DNA of 64,000 bases from Acidobacteriota bacterium (GTDB lineage: Bacteria; Acidobacteriota; UBA890; WLXD01): NCBI GenBank assembly GCA_965248695.1, contig CBDFKD010000002.1:3744001-3808000 (forward strand), written 5' to 3'. Positions 39,588 through 49,888 of the stretch are shown here, piece by piece (within the stretch, counting starts at the first letter, position 1; every line of letters starts with the position of its first letter). A program made the position numbers and the translations under genes. The notes beneath the pieces were generated by a model. The model did no database searches. It worked only from the letters and a program-made list of their open reading frames with translations, and was not told where the DNA came from.

Positions 39588-40607
39588 ATGGAGCCAGCCG
39601 CCGCTGCCGATGCCAAGACCTGGCTACGGTTGACGATGAAGTACCAGAAGCCTGAGCCACTGCGTAGCGCGTGGCAACTGGTGAACTCGCTCGTGCCATA
39701 CGTGGTGCTCTGGTACTTGATGGTTCGCAGCCTGGAAGTGTCGTATTGGCTGACGCTGCTACTGGCGCCGTTGGCGGCCGGATTCATGATCCGCCTATTC
39801 ATCATCTTCCACGACTGCGGTCACGGCGCGTTCTTCAGATCCAAGCGCCTCAACGATCTGGTCGGTTACGTCACCGGCGTGATGACGTTCACGCCCTACT
39901 ATCGCTGGCGCCACGATCACGCCAAGCACCATGCCACCTCGGGCGATCTGGATCGGCGCGACATGGGCGGCGAGATTTGGACGCTCACGGTGGATGAGTA
40001 CCTTGCGGCGCCGCTGCTGACCCGCTTCCGATACCGTGTCTATCGTCATCCGTTCGTGATGTTCATCGTCGGCCCTATGTTTCTGTTCGCGGTGGCGCAA
40101 CGACTCACGTCCCGAACCGAGCGCAAGCGCGAGCGCAACAGCGTCTGGTGGACGAATCTCGGTGTGCTGTTCCTCGTCAGTGGACTGGTGACCGCCATGG
40201 GCCTCAAGGCCTATCTGATGATCCAGCTGCCGATCAGCCTTATCGCGGGAGCGACCGGCGTCTGGTTGTTCTACGTCCAGCACCAGTTCGAGTCGGTCTA
40301 CTGGGAACGACACGAGAACTGGGACTACTATCCCGCAGCGCTCCACGGCAGCTCGTTTTACCGATTGCCTCGTATCCTGCAGTGGTTCTCCGGCAACATT
40401 GGCTACCACCACATCCATCACCTCTGCCCGCGGATCCCGAACTACTTCTTGCAGCGGTGCCACGAAGAAAACCCGACGCTGGCGGCGATTCCGTCGATCA
40501 CGTTGCTGACCAGCCTGCGCTCGCTGGGTTTTCGACTGTGGGACGAGGAGCGCCGAGAGATGGTCGGGTTCGGGTACCTCCGGGGGTACAAGCGAGCGCG
40601 GGCCTGA
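39588..40607 (+). CDS. Membrane fatty acid desaturase (Des-like)
   Basis: His boxes HDCGH, HAKHH, HHIHH; YVQHQFE. Confidence 0.93.
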   Translation: MEPAAAADAKTWLRLTMKYQKPEPLRSAWQLVNSLVPYVVLWYLMVRSLEVSYWLTLLLAPLAAGFMIRLFIIFHDCGHGAFFRSKRLNDLVGYVTGVMTFTPYYRWRHDHAKHHATSGDLDRRDMGGEIWTLTVDEYLAAPLLTRFRYRVYRHPFVMFIVGPMFLFAVAQRLTSRTERKRERNSVWWTNLGVLFLVSGLVTAMGLKAYLMIQLPISLIAGATGVWLFYVQHQFESVYWERHENWDYYPAALHGSSFYRLPRILQWFSGNIGYHHIHHLCPRIPNYFLQRCHEENPTLAAIPSITLLTSLRSLGFRLWDEERREMVGFGYLRGYKRARA

Positions 40608-40762
40608 GGACGATCTCGAACCGTCCGGCCTGCTGAGCGCCTGGCGCCACCGGCCGCCGCCATCGGGCGGCCTCCTCACATCCGTGACATCATGCGTTCG
40701 ACGAACGCATTCTCGCCGCGGCGATGTCACGCGCGGTTTCAAAGGAAGAAAAAGGAGGGAGC

Positions 40763-42322
40763 TTGGCAAGACAGAGACGTCCGGGCCCGCGACGTCTGTC
40801 GCGTCGACGCCGGGACGAGGCGCTGAAGGCACGGGCCGAGGATCCGGACAATTCCGACGCTGCAGTCGATCCCGCTGCAGCGGAAGCCGAGGACGTCGTC
40901 GAACCGGAGGACGCGCTTCCGGAGATCGGATTCGAGGAGCTGCCGGACCCTCTGCAGGCGGCCGCGGCGCGAGCTGGTTGGTCGACCCTGATGCCGGTCC
41001 AGGCCAAGGCGATCCCGTACATGCTCGCCGGACGCGATCTGATGATCCAGTCGCGCACCGGCAGCGGCAAGACGGGCGCATTCTTGTTGCCGATCATCGA
41101 TCGCCTGGATCCGGACGATCGCCAGTGCCAGGCGCTGATACTGGTACCCACTCGCGAGCTCGCCAAGCAGCTGGTTACCGCCGCCGAGGAGCTCAGCGCG
41201 GATACCGGCCTGCTCCCCACTGCGGTCTACGGTGGCGTCGCCTACGGACCGCAGCTCGAGGCCTTCGAGCGTGGCGCTCATCTCGTTGTCGGCACGCCGG
41301 GTCGGGTGCTGGATCACCTGCTCAAACGAAACCTGACGCTCGACGGGTTGAAGAACCTGGTCTTCGACGAAGCGGATCGCATGCTCTCGATGGGTTTCTA
41401 CCCCGACATGAAGCGGTTGCAGGAGTTCTTGCCGAAGAAGCGGATCAGCGGCTCGATGTTCTCTGCTACCTTCCCGCCGCACGTGCGCAACCTCGCCAGC
41501 GAGTTTCTCGAGACGCCGGAGTTCCTCAGCCTCAGTCGCGATCGCATTCATGTGGCGTCCACCGAGCATGTGTTCTACGACGTGCCGTCGATGGACAAAG
41601 ACCGCAACTTGATGCGCATCATCGAGATCGAGAACCCCGCCTCGGCGATCGTGTTTTGCAACACCAAGGCCGACGTCCACTACGTGGCGGTGGTGCTGAA
41701 ACGCTTCGGCTACGACGCCGATGAGCTCAGCTCGGATCTCGCGCAGGCGGCGCGCGAGAAGGTCCTCGACCGCGTGCGTCGGGGCAAGCTACGGTTTCTC
41801 GTGGCTACCGACGTTGCGGCACGAGGTATTGACATCCACGAGCTCTCACACGTGATTCAGTACGGTCCTCCGAAGGACGCGGAGAGCTATATCCATCGTG
41901 TCGGGCGCACGAGTCGCGCGGGCGCCACGGGAGAGGCGCTGACGCTGGTGTCTGGCCTGGAGGGGATTCATCTGCGACACATCGCGCGCACCTACAGCAT
42001 CGATCTTCAGGAGCGGCCAGCACCGACGAAGGCGGAGGTCGAACGGATCGTCGGGCAGCGCGTCGTCGCCCTGCTCGAGGCGCGGTTGCGCGATCGGAGC
42101 AGCCTGCAAACCGAGCGCATGCAGCGGTTCGTTCCCCTTGCGCGCAGCCTGGGGGAGAGCGAGGACGAGGTCTCCGTGGTCGCTATGCTGCTGGACGACT
42201 ACTATCAGGAGAGCCTGCATGCGCCGCTTGGCGAGCCGGTGGCAGCGGATCCGGAGCCAGCCGCTGAGGCACGGCCTCCGGCGCGTCGCAACCGGAAGCC
42301 TCGCCGGCGCGGCGGTCGCTGA
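40763..42322 (+). CDS. DEAD-box RNA helicase
   Basis: AAAGGAGG before TTG 40763; TGSGKT, PTRELA, DEAD, SAT, ARGID, HRVGRTSR. Confidence 0.95.
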   Translation: MARQRRPGPRRLSRRRRDEALKARAEDPDNSDAAVDPAAAEAEDVVEPEDALPEIGFEELPDPLQAAAARAGWSTLMPVQAKAIPYMLAGRDLMIQSRTGSGKTGAFLLPIIDRLDPDDRQCQALILVPTRELAKQLVTAAEELSADTGLLPTAVYGGVAYGPQLEAFERGAHLVVGTPGRVLDHLLKRNLTLDGLKNLVFDEADRMLSMGFYPDMKRLQEFLPKKRISGSMFSATFPPHVRNLASEFLETPEFLSLSRDRIHVASTEHVFYDVPSMDKDRNLMRIIEIENPASAIVFCNTKADVHYVAVVLKRFGYDADELSSDLAQAAREKVLDRVRRGKLRFLVATDVAARGIDIHELSHVIQYGPPKDAESYIHRVGRTSRAGATGEALTLVSGLEGIHLRHIARTYSIDLQERPAPTKAEVERIVGQRVVALLEARLRDRSSLQTERMQRFVPLARSLGESEDEVSVVAMLLDDYYQESLHAPLGEPVAADPEPAAEARPPARRNRKPRRRGGR

Positions 42323-42950
42323 CCGTCGGGTCGCCGGGCGCCAGCGCCTGCAGCGTGATCCTGGCGAAATATCCGAGCCAGCTGACGATACCGAGGAGCT
42401 TGGCGCCGTCCTCGTACACGTGCTGCATCCGAAGCGTGTCCGGCGCCAGCGCGTCGACTCCCAACGATATCGCGAAGAAGCCCAGGGCCAGTCCGAGCAG
42501 CAAGAAGTCACTAGCGAGAATAACGTCGCGAAAGCGCGTCAGGAACGTCGCCAGCAGGAGCCCATACGCGGCGAACAGCAGCTTCTCGTCCATGTGCAGC
42601 TCGTACACCACGAACCAGTCGTGCACCATGAACAGGTCGTCGACCAGCAAGATGCCGCTCAGCAGACCGGCGCTCAGGAGGAACGGCCGGACCGGAGAGC
42701 GCGAGCCCTGGCGGCGGAGGACCTCGGCGCCGAGGAGACAAGCGGCTGCTGCCGCGCACCAGCAGAGCACGCCGACGTTCGAGACCACTCCGAGCAAGGG
42801 GTGAGCACCGGTACTAGCAGCCGGATCGCGGGTGAACTCCGCCACCGTGGTGTCGGTAAGGCGGCTCATCAGCACCGCGCCGCCCAGCAATGCGGCGACC
42901 GGCACGTACATCATGATGAGTGCTGAGCGGAGGGTTCGTAGTTGATTCAT
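42183..42950 (-). CDS. Multi-TM hypothetical membrane protein
   Basis: FTRDP, SNVG, LLVDDLFMVHD, YEDGAKLLG; 4-bp overlap with the ATP-grasp gene; 3' end overlaps the helicase. Confidence 0.75.
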   Translation of the reverse strand: MNQLRTLRSALIMMYVPVAALLGGAVLMSRLTDTTVAEFTRDPAASTGAHPLLGVVSNVGVLCWCAAAAACLLGAEVLRRQGSRSPVRPFLLSAGLLSGILLVDDLFMVHDWFVVYELHMDEKLLFAAYGLLLATFLTRFRDVILASDFLLLGLALGFFAISLGVDALAPDTLRMQHVYEDGAKLLGIVSWLGYFARITLQALAPGDPTVSDRRAGEASGCDAPEAVPQRLAPDPLPPARQAAHAGSPDSSRPAA

Positions 42951-44221
42951 GGGCTCGGGGCGCCTCCGACGCATGCGTGGCGTCCGGCGGCTTCGGCGCG
43001 GCGGAAGCGACGGCCTATGGACGCGAGCATGCTTCGCAGATAGCGCGCCGCCGCGCGCCAGTAGAGCCCACGATCGCCCGGATACAGGAGGTCGGCGCGT
43101 ACTCTCGAGTTTAGCGTGAGGCCGATGAAACGCAGCACGCTCCATGCCTTGCTCGCGATTGCGATCGAGTCGTCGCGAAGAAGCGAGCCGACGTGCCGCG
43201 CCTCGGTCGGGAAGGTGTCACGGCAGCGAAGATCGGTCGCGAACTCGGGCTCCACGGGATCCACGTGTCCGTGCATCGAGTCGACCAGAATGCGCGGAAA
43301 GTCGACGCCGGCGTGCAGGGCCAGGTGCAGCGATCCCCAGAATCGGCAGTTCAGCTCGATGAGATGAAAGGCGTCGGTGCGCGGATCCCAGCGATACTCG
43401 AGCATCACCGGACCCTCCCATCGGAGGTGGTGAATCCGCGCGCAGGCGTCGGCATGGATGGCGTCGTGCCACCAGCTCCGTCGATACGAGGACACCCCAC
43501 CGGTGTGCGGAACCTCATGCAAGCGCCGGTGCATGAAGCGAGCCAGAACGCGGCCGTTACGCACCACGAAGAAGACGCCGACACCAACGCCCTCGACGTG
43601 CCCCTGTACGAGGAAGTGGTCGTAACTCGTCCTCAGGGTCGCCAGCAAATCGCTCACGGCGGCGTAGTCATGCAAACGATGCACCCGGCTGTGGGCGCCG
43701 ACTGGCGAGCTCAGAAAGTCCGTCTTGACGTAGAGCGGTAGCCGCAAGCCGCGTAGCTGCTCGTCCGTGGGTGCCGATCGGGTCGAATCGACCAACAGGC
43801 TCGGCGGGATGTGCTGTTGGAGCTCCGCCGGCGCTGCCGGGTCGAGAAACCCGCCGACGAGCCGGTATTTGCTGATCGCGCTATAGAGCACGTTGTGGTC
43901 GACGCCGTACGGCAGCAGATGAGCGTAGCTCGAATACCGTGGCTGGATTGCCGTGAGCAGACCCTCGGTAGCGATGATCGTGTCGATGCTTTGCGCTTCG
44001 ATCGTGCCGTCGAGCCAGCGGAGGAACTCTTGGCGCTGAAAGGGGCTCGGGCACACCTCGGCGCGGGTGGCGAAGCGGGACGAGAAACCCAGCGCATGCG
44101 GATCTGAAGAGCAGGCCGTGACCCGGTAGCCGGCACGGCCGAGCGACCGGATCACACCGATGCCTATGTTGTGCTCGGCTTCATCGACCAGGACGTGCTT
44201 GTCCTGACGCCAGCTATGCAT
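42947..44221 (-). CDS. ATP-grasp carboxylate-amine ligase-like protein
   Basis: IRSLGRAG, SSRF, LVQGHVEG, HRRLHE.P..GG.S, LIELNCRFWGSL.LA..AGVDFP. Confidence 0.88.
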   Translation of the reverse strand: MHSWRQDKHVLVDEAEHNIGIGVIRSLGRAGYRVTACSSDPHALGFSSRFATRAEVCPSPFQRQEFLRWLDGTIEAQSIDTIIATEGLLTAIQPRYSSYAHLLPYGVDHNVLYSAISKYRLVGGFLDPAAPAELQQHIPPSLLVDSTRSAPTDEQLRGLRLPLYVKTDFLSSPVGAHSRVHRLHDYAAVSDLLATLRTSYDHFLVQGHVEGVGVGVFFVVRNGRVLARFMHRRLHEVPHTGGVSSYRRSWWHDAIHADACARIHHLRWEGPVMLEYRWDPRTDAFHLIELNCRFWGSLHLALHAGVDFPRILVDSMHGHVDPVEPEFATDLRCRDTFPTEARHVGSLLRDDSIAIASKAWSVLRFIGLTLNSRVRADLLYPGDRGLYWRAAARYLRSMLASIGRRFRRAEAAGRHACVGGAPSP

Positions 44222-44239
44222 GTCGCTGTCCCCACCGGT

Positions 44240-44269
44240 TGAACCCTTCCAGCGCCCCTCAAGGGTTCA
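44240..44269. promoter_or_regulatory. 9-bp inverted repeat between divergent genes
   Basis: TGAACCCTT-N12-AAGGGTTCA. Confidence 0.4.
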
Positions 44270-44364
44270 TGCTGGCATGTGCGAGAAGCTCGACGCCAGC
44301 GGATAATTCGATGCCGGCGAAGTAGAGCTTCGTCGTCGGTGGCGGGCCGTCTACGCTAGTCGGG

Positions 44365-45513
44365 ATGGCTCACGAAACCGTCTACGTAGAAGAAGTGACA
44401 TCGCTAGCTGCCCTGACCGAGCATTGGCCGGCATGGCGTCAACTGCGCGATGATCGCCTCGAAGACAACATCTATAGCTCGCCGGAGTTCGTCCTTGCGG
44501 GGCTGCGGAGCTACGCCGCTCGGCCCTTCAACCTGGCGTTCATCTATCGGGGGCGTGGCGCCTGTCGGCAGATGATCGGTTGTGCGCCGTTCGAGGCCGC
44601 GGCATCGGATCGACAGCCACCACTGCGCACTCTCAGGTTCTGGTCCACACCGCACTCGTACCTGTCGCAGCCTCTCCTGCACCGCGACCATGCGACCGAG
44701 GCTGCCGCCGGGCTGTGGGACTGGCTGGCGGCAGCAGAACCGTCCAACAGCCTGGTGTCGCTTCCGCTGATGGGCATCGAGTCATCGACCTGGCAGGCGA
44801 TGAGCCAAGCTCTGGAACCGCGTGGCGTGGCCGCCACGATCCGACACCGGTTCGATCGGCCGGCGCTGCTTCGATGTCGGTCGTTCAACGACTACCTGGC
44901 GTCGTTGCCGGCAAAGCGCAGAAAGAACTACCGACGGTGCTGGCGCGCGCTGAACGCCGCTGGCGAGGTCGAGGTTCGGCACCGGCGGGATGCCACGGCG
45001 CGCTGCGACTGGACCTCGAGGTTCGTGCGTATGGAGGCGCTGGGATGGAAGGGGGAGCGCGGATCGGCGCTCGCTTGCAGCGCAGCCGACGTCGCTTTCT
45101 TCGAACAGATCACTCGCGCCTATGGCGATCGCGCCGACCTCTTCTACAGCGAGATCCGACTCGACGGCGTCGCCGTGGCGATGTCGGCGAGCTTCGTCGA
45201 GGGCACCACGTTGTTCGGCTTCAAGGTGGCGTTCGATCCTCGCTACCGGCGGTACTCACCGGGGGTTCTGAACGCCGTCCACGAAGCGCGGCTGTTCCTC
45301 GAGAGTGCCGATCTGCAGATCGGCGAGAGCGGTGCCAACGCCAGGTCGTTCATCGGCTCGTATTGGCGCGACAGCACGCCGATGGCCGAAGTTCTCCTGC
45401 CTGGCAACAGCACCGGTCGCCTGGCGGTGGCTGGCTTCGAGAAGGCGACGCGCGCCAAGCGCGGTGCCCGGGTCGTCCTCGAGGCCCTCCGCAAGCCCCG
45501 ACGGGTGGCCTGA
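44365..45513 (+). CDS. GNAT family protein (CelD/BcsL, Acetyltransf_6-like)
   Basis: F..ME..GWKG..GSAL, FKVAFDP.Y.RYSPG. Confidence 0.85.
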   Translation: MAHETVYVEEVTSLAALTEHWPAWRQLRDDRLEDNIYSSPEFVLAGLRSYAARPFNLAFIYRGRGACRQMIGCAPFEAAASDRQPPLRTLRFWSTPHSYLSQPLLHRDHATEAAAGLWDWLAAAEPSNSLVSLPLMGIESSTWQAMSQALEPRGVAATIRHRFDRPALLRCRSFNDYLASLPAKRRKNYRRCWRALNAAGEVEVRHRRDATARCDWTSRFVRMEALGWKGERGSALACSAADVAFFEQITRAYGDRADLFYSEIRLDGVAVAMSASFVEGTTLFGFKVAFDPRYRRYSPGVLNAVHEARLFLESADLQIGESGANARSFIGSYWRDSTPMAEVLLPGNSTGRLAVAGFEKATRAKRGARVVLEALRKPRRVA

Positions 45514-45567
45514 GCGACCGGCGTTTCTCGAGGCGGACTCTCGGCGACGGATCCTGGCCGGATGACG

Positions 45568-46794
45568 CTACTGAGCGAGGCGATTGAAACGTCGCAGCAC
45601 GTCTCGCAGACGGTCGTGCGGCAGGGCGTACGCCGTATTGCCGTCGCGGCCGACGACCGTCCTGGCAGCAACGAGCGCGTTCGTGATCGCTTCCTCCACC
45701 GAGTAGGCGGTCGCCTGGAACAACGGCGTCAACGATCCGTTGGGGAGCATCTGTGCCGTGCTCACGTCGTCGTTGCCGACAGCATCCGCGTTGGCCGTCG
45801 AGAAGGCGATGAAGATATCCCCCGAGCCGTTGCTGGCCATTCCACCCATGCGCGCGATCCCCAGCGGCACGCGCCTAGCGATGCGCTTGAGCTGATAGGG
45901 CAGCAGCGGCGCGTCGGTTGCGACGACCACGATGATCGAGCCGAAGTCGCGGTCGCCCGGGATGCCGAGCGTCTGCGCGTCGGCGCTGGACTGTCCGGCT
46001 CGGGGCCGCAGATCGGTGATCTCCCTGCCGACCGGCGCGCCGGCGATCATCAGATCATCGCGGCCACCGTAGTTGGCCTGTACGAGTGCCCCCAGCACGT
46101 AGGACCGTCCCTGGATGTCCACCGTCCTCGAGGCCGTTCCGATACCACACTTGAAGCCATGGCAGATCATTCCCGTCCCGCCACCAACGGCGCCCTCTGC
46201 GACAGCTCCGCCGCGAGCGCCGTCGAGCGCCTCGAACGCGTGTTCGGGTCGTACGTGGAATCCGTTGATATCGTTGAGGAAGCCGTCGTAGGTTTCGGCA
46301 ACCACAGGCAGCGCCCATGGCTGGCGGCCGTGACCGGCGCGCACCAGCCAGTCGATCACCGCGTCGCGAACGACGCCGACACTATGGGTGTTGGTGATCA
46401 TCACCGGCCCTTCCAGGGCGCCGGACTCCTCCACCCAGGTCGTGCCGGTCATCTCCCCGTTTCCGTTGAGCGAGTACCAACCCGCGAAGACCGGAGTGCT
46501 GTCCCGACCGCGCGGTCGGATCGCCGTGACGCCGGTGCGTACCGGGCCCTCGCCGACCGAGAGCGAACCGTCGCCACGGACTAACGTGACCTGCCCCACC
46601 TGGACATCACCGACGTCGGTAATGGCGTTGTCAGGGCCGGGCTGGCCCCGAAAGGGGATGCCGAGATCCCGAGCCCGGGGCCGTTGCTGACCTGACGCTG
46701 TGGCGACAGACATGTTCGCCGCCAAACCGATGGCGATCGCCATGATCACGGGTTGACGCCAGACCCTGCCTCCGCGCGCAGGCCGTGGGCTCAC
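45568..46794 (-). CDS. DmpA/BapA-type P1 (S58) aminopeptidase
   Basis: RARDLGI, NAITDV, VRTGVT, PVVAETYDG, G-SII cleavage site, NGSGDIF. Confidence 0.93.
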   Translation of the reverse strand: MSPRPARGGRVWRQPVIMAIAIGLAANMSVATASGQQRPRARDLGIPFRGQPGPDNAITDVGDVQVGQVTLVRGDGSLSVGEGPVRTGVTAIRPRGRDSTPVFAGWYSLNGNGEMTGTTWVEESGALEGPVMITNTHSVGVVRDAVIDWLVRAGHGRQPWALPVVAETYDGFLNDINGFHVRPEHAFEALDGARGGAVAEGAVGGGTGMICHGFKCGIGTASRTVDIQGRSYVLGALVQANYGGRDDLMIAGAPVGREITDLRPRAGQSSADAQTLGIPGDRDFGSIIVVVATDAPLLPYQLKRIARRVPLGIARMGGMASNGSGDIFIAFSTANADAVGNDDVSTAQMLPNGSLTPLFQATAYSVEEAITNALVAARTVVGRDGNTAYALPHDRLRDVLRRFNRLAQ

Positions 46795-48263
46795 TAGCTC
46801 AATTCCCGCCAGACCTCGTCAAATTCCTCTGCGGCTCCTTCAGGCGGCTCGGTGAGCAGGCTGACGACGATGGTGAGCGCGAAGCCCACGATGAATCCCG
46901 GAATCAGCTCGTAGAGATCGTATGTATAGGGCTTGAATGCCAGCACCCAAATGATCGCGGTAAGGAAACCGCCGAGCATGCCGGCGGTGGCACCGGCACG
47001 GGTCGTCCGTTTCCAGAACAACGAGCACAGCACCGGCGGAGCGAAGGCGCAGGCGAGCCCCGACCACGCGAACAGCACGAACCAGAAGATGACGCGTACC
47101 TCGCCGAGCGCGAGCAGCAGCGCGCCGACGCCGATGACCGCGGTTACGGCTTTTCCGTACAGCGCCAGTCGTTTGTCGCTTTCGTCCGGCCGGTAGATGC
47201 GCTGCACGATGTCGCGGACGACGGTGGCCGAGGCCATGATCAGCAGCGAGTCAGCGGTTGACATGATCGCCGCGAGCACAATCACCAGGTAAACACCGGT
47301 GAACACAGCGGGCATTAACGACGACGTCATCATCGGTAGGATGGTCTCGGGATCGTCGAGCACCGGGAAGATCACTCGGCCGGCCATGCCCCCGAACACT
47401 GCTCCGAGGTCGAAGAGGAGGATGCAAGGCACGGCGATCAGACCGCCGTCGAGGATGTCGCGCCGGCTGCGCGCAGCGATGAACCGACTGAGCAGCTGCG
47501 GCGCGCCGATGAAGGCGAGCCCGATACCGATGAAGCCGATCACCGAGACGAAACCCTCGGTGCTCATCCCGTAGCTGCCCATCGGCCGCAACAGTGCCGG
47601 ATCGGTGGCGTTGAGCTGCACCATCGTCGCGGTCCAGCCGCCGGCGGCCGACATCGCTACGAACGGTAGCGCGACGAGCCCGCCGAGCATCAATACGCCC
47701 TGCAGCAGGTCGCTGTAGGCGACCGCTTTGAAGCCGCCGACGGTCGTGTAGTAGAGGATGACCGCCGCTCCGATGAGCGCGCCGGCAACGTAGCTGATCT
47801 CGAGAAAGGAGGCGAACGCCTTGCCTGCCGCGGTGAGCTGCGCGGCGGTATAAGCGGTCACCATGCTCATGATGATCACCAGGCTGAGCCAGCGCATCAC
47901 GTGGCTGGAGTCGCGAAACCGCGCCTCAAGATAGTCGGGCACGGTGATCGAGTCGTAACGATCTGTGAAGGCCTTGAACGGCTGTGCCACCAGCGTCCAG
48001 ACGAGTGCCACCCCGAGGACCTCACCTAGAACGATCCACAGGGCGTGGATGCCGATGGTGTAGCCCATGCCGGTGAGGCCGAGCAGCAGCCAGGCGCTCT
48101 CGCCGGTGCTGTTGGAGCTGAAGGCGATGACCCACGAGGGCAACTGCTTGTTGGCGACGTAGTACCCAGCCACGCTGCTCGAGCCACGGCCGCCCCACCA
48201 GCCGAGCACGAGCAGGATGATCAGATAGACAACAAGGACCGCGACGATGGTGGCGAAGGCCAA
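46794..48263 (-). CDS. Sodium:solute symporter, PutP-like
   Basis: SAWLLLGL.G, GGFKAVAYSD..QG, LAAIMSTADS, WSGL. Confidence 0.9.
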   Translation of the reverse strand: MAFATIVAVLVVYLIILLVLGWWGGRGSSSVAGYYVANKQLPSWVIAFSSNSTGESAWLLLGLTGMGYTIGIHALWIVLGEVLGVALVWTLVAQPFKAFTDRYDSITVPDYLEARFRDSSHVMRWLSLVIIMSMVTAYTAAQLTAAGKAFASFLEISYVAGALIGAAVILYYTTVGGFKAVAYSDLLQGVLMLGGLVALPFVAMSAAGGWTATMVQLNATDPALLRPMGSYGMSTEGFVSVIGFIGIGLAFIGAPQLLSRFIAARSRRDILDGGLIAVPCILLFDLGAVFGGMAGRVIFPVLDDPETILPMMTSSLMPAVFTGVYLVIVLAAIMSTADSLLIMASATVVRDIVQRIYRPDESDKRLALYGKAVTAVIGVGALLLALGEVRVIFWFVLFAWSGLACAFAPPVLCSLFWKRTTRAGATAGMLGGFLTAIIWVLAFKPYTYDLYELIPGFIVGFALTIVVSLLTEPPEGAAEEFDEVWRELS

Positions 48264-48408
48264 CTCAGCGGCCCTCCTCTGTTCGGGCGTCTTGCCCTCG
48301 TTGGCGGCGCGCTTCGCGCCGGTAGTGCACCAGCTGAATCGTCAGGCCGATACTCACAGCTGCGATCAACAGCAACCAGGCGCTCCAAGGCATTCCGGCG
48401 AACAACGG

Positions 48409-49731
48409 CTAAGCCGCGTCGACGCGCTCGCAAGCGCGTTCGAGCCGTCGCAGTCCCTCGGCGTTCTCGTCCTCGGTGATGAGTAGCGAGGGGCCGAGAC
48501 GGATGACATGCCCGTGCTGGCCGCCGAGACCGATCAGCAGACCCTCCGCCTTGGCGGCCTCGAGCAGCGCCTTGCCCTTGTCGGGACTCGGGGTCTTGGA
48601 CACCGGGTCCTCGACCAGCTCGAGCGCTTGCATCAGGCCCATGCCGCGAACCTCGCCGATCCACGCGTGGCGTTCGGCCATCGCGTCAAGCCCGGCGCGC
48701 AGCTCCCGACCGCGCGCGCCAGCGTTGGCCGGCGCGTCCTCACGCCGGAGTACCCCGAGCGTCGCCGCCATCGCCGCCATGCTGACGGGGTTGCCGCCAA
48801 ACGTCGAGATGGTCTTGGAGGTCCAGGCGTCGGCGATCTCGTCGCGCGTGATCGTCGCTCCGACCGGCTGCCCGTTGGCGATGCCCTTGGCCATTACCAT
48901 GATGTCGGGCTCGACGTCCCAGTGCTCGATCGCGAACCACCTGTCGCCCGTCCGTCCGAACCCTGCCTGTACCTCGTCGCAGATGAACACGCCGCCGTGG
49001 GCTCGGATGATCTCGGCGGCTCGCTGGAAGTAGCCTGGCGGGGGCACGATGAAGCCGCCGAGGCCGAGGATGGTCTCGGCGACGAAGGCGGCCGGCTTGC
49101 CGCCGGTCGTTGTCACGATGGCCTCTTCGAGGTCGTTAGCAAACTTGTCGACGCAGCTGTCGTCGCACGGGGTCTTGAAGGGACATCGGTACGGATAGGG
49201 CGCCAGCGCGTGCTTGATCGGCAGGGTGCTCGATAGCGGTCGCCAGGCCGCGTGGCCGGTGATATTGGTCGCCAGGATGCTACGGCCCGAATATGCCAGG
49301 CGGAGCGCCATGATCTCGCTGCGACCGGTGTACATGCAGGCGAGCATGATCGCAGTCTCGATGGCCTCGGTGCCGCTGTTGGTGAAGAACGATTTGCGCA
49401 GCGCGCCCGGAGCGATTTCGGCCAGACTGCGCGCCGCGTCGATCTGCGGATCGCTGATATAGAGGCTCGACGTGTGGCCCAGCTTGTCGATCTGCGCCTT
49501 GGTGGCGGCGGTGACTTCGGGATGACAATGCCCTACCGAGGTCGTCAAGATGCCGGCGAACAGGTCGAGGTATTCGTTGCCGCCGACATCCTTCACCCAC
49601 ACGCCTTGCGCCTCTTCCATGACCAAGGGCGCGTCGTAAAGGGTGGAGACGCAGGGAAACAGGTACTCCTGCTGCGCTTCGCGTCGCTCCGTTGAAGCGC
49701 TTGCCATCACCGCCGATCCGGTCTCACTCAT
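48409..49731 (-). CDS. Class III aminotransferase (AGXT2/beta-alanine type)
   Basis: YLDLFAGILT.SVGH, NSGTEA, DEVQAGFGRTG, MAKGIANG, STFGGNP. Confidence 0.92.
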   Translation of the reverse strand: MSETGSAVMASASTERREAQQEYLFPCVSTLYDAPLVMEEAQGVWVKDVGGNEYLDLFAGILTTSVGHCHPEVTAATKAQIDKLGHTSSLYISDPQIDAARSLAEIAPGALRKSFFTNSGTEAIETAIMLACMYTGRSEIMALRLAYSGRSILATNITGHAAWRPLSSTLPIKHALAPYPYRCPFKTPCDDSCVDKFANDLEEAIVTTTGGKPAAFVAETILGLGGFIVPPPGYFQRAAEIIRAHGGVFICDEVQAGFGRTGDRWFAIEHWDVEPDIMVMAKGIANGQPVGATITRDEIADAWTSKTISTFGGNPVSMAAMAATLGVLRREDAPANAGARGRELRAGLDAMAERHAWIGEVRGMGLMQALELVEDPVSKTPSPDKGKALLEAAKAEGLLIGLGGQHGHVIRLGPSLLITEDENAEGLRRLERACERVDAA

Positions 49732-49888
49732 CGAAGCTCCATCTCCTGGGTGCGCCGCTGGGGCGGCGGAACCGCACAGGTCTCGATCACCACTCGCAAC
49801 TCGACAATCGGTCTCTCGATACCACAGGTCAGCGCCGGGCTGCTCGACGCGTTCAGCGGCCGTACTTTGTCACATTCGCCCGGATTCG

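Noticed and set aside
42183-42322. 140-bp convergent overlap between the helicase and the membrane gene
   Set aside because: Both tails are low-complexity; likely stop-codon drift in GC-rich DNA rather than a functional overlap.
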